From contig NC_092675.1 of NCBI RefSeq assembly GCF_964355755.1, forward strand, positions 10,783,812 through 10,847,811: a DNA stretch of 64,000 nt, in the 5' to 3' direction. Made by a program: the position numbers and the translations under genes. The stretch comes from Antedon mediterranea (taxonomy: Eukaryota > Animalia > Echinodermata). The notes beneath the pieces were generated by a model, which saw nothing but the letters and a program-made list of their open reading frames with translations, was not told the origin of the DNA and searched no databases. Shown piece by piece: positions 63,831 through 64,000 of this stretch (positions are counted from its first letter, which is position 1; each line of letters begins with the position of its first letter).

Positions 63831-64000
63831 GGCCGGATTTATCAAACTTGCTTAGCAAAAAAATCGTCTTAACTTTGCCTTAAATCCTTGATTTTGCCTA
63901 AGTCAGATTTATCAATATATCTAAGCAAACAAATTTGCTTAATTTTGTCTTAAATCTAAGACGAAAAACACCCTGCCTTAAGATGAAAAATTTCGTCTTA
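63831..64000. mobile_element. Possible Harbinger-like MITE end, cut by the window edge
   Basis: ggccggatttatcaaacttgcttag followed by recurrent cttaa/ctaag motifs; no partner TIR visible. Confidence 0.3.

Overview
AT-rich, intron-containing animal genomic DNA, not prokaryotic. The Deu/Nin SINE, Mag-type Gypsy elements and dense TAGGCCTA motifs suggest a marine invertebrate, possibly an echinoderm (inference only). Four host genes are supported: a fem-1/FEM1A-C-type ankyrin CRL2 adaptor (4414-6360 +); an orphan coiled-coil gene that I reconstruct from three coding exons (22471->11711 -) with a 21-aa coding repeat; an orphan protein with five AT-hooks and one C2H2 finger (39313-40407 +), followed by a 2.1-kb 56-bp minisatellite; and the last two exons of a LEPROT/LEPROTL1 (Vps55) gene (-). 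Most of the remainder is nested transposable-element debris: three decayed Gypsy elements, CR1/L2/RTE LINE fragments, a Sola2 remnant with a Deu-SINE inside it, Helentron-type elements, and many MITEs with readable TSDs of 4, 5, 6, 7 and 9 bp. Most notable are (i) a decayed intronless protein kinase, missed by the ORF track, lying just inside an IS3EU-like terminus (possible transposon cargo); (ii) a 3-kb foldback with ~970-bp near-perfect arms, TAT...ATA ends and a 6-bp TSD; (iii) three 39-45 bp hairpins with 7-bp-or-longer TSDs that look like P-element-type excision footprints. No CRISPR, rRNA or true tRNA gene was seen. Coordinates were counted by hand and family names are by motif recall, not database search.
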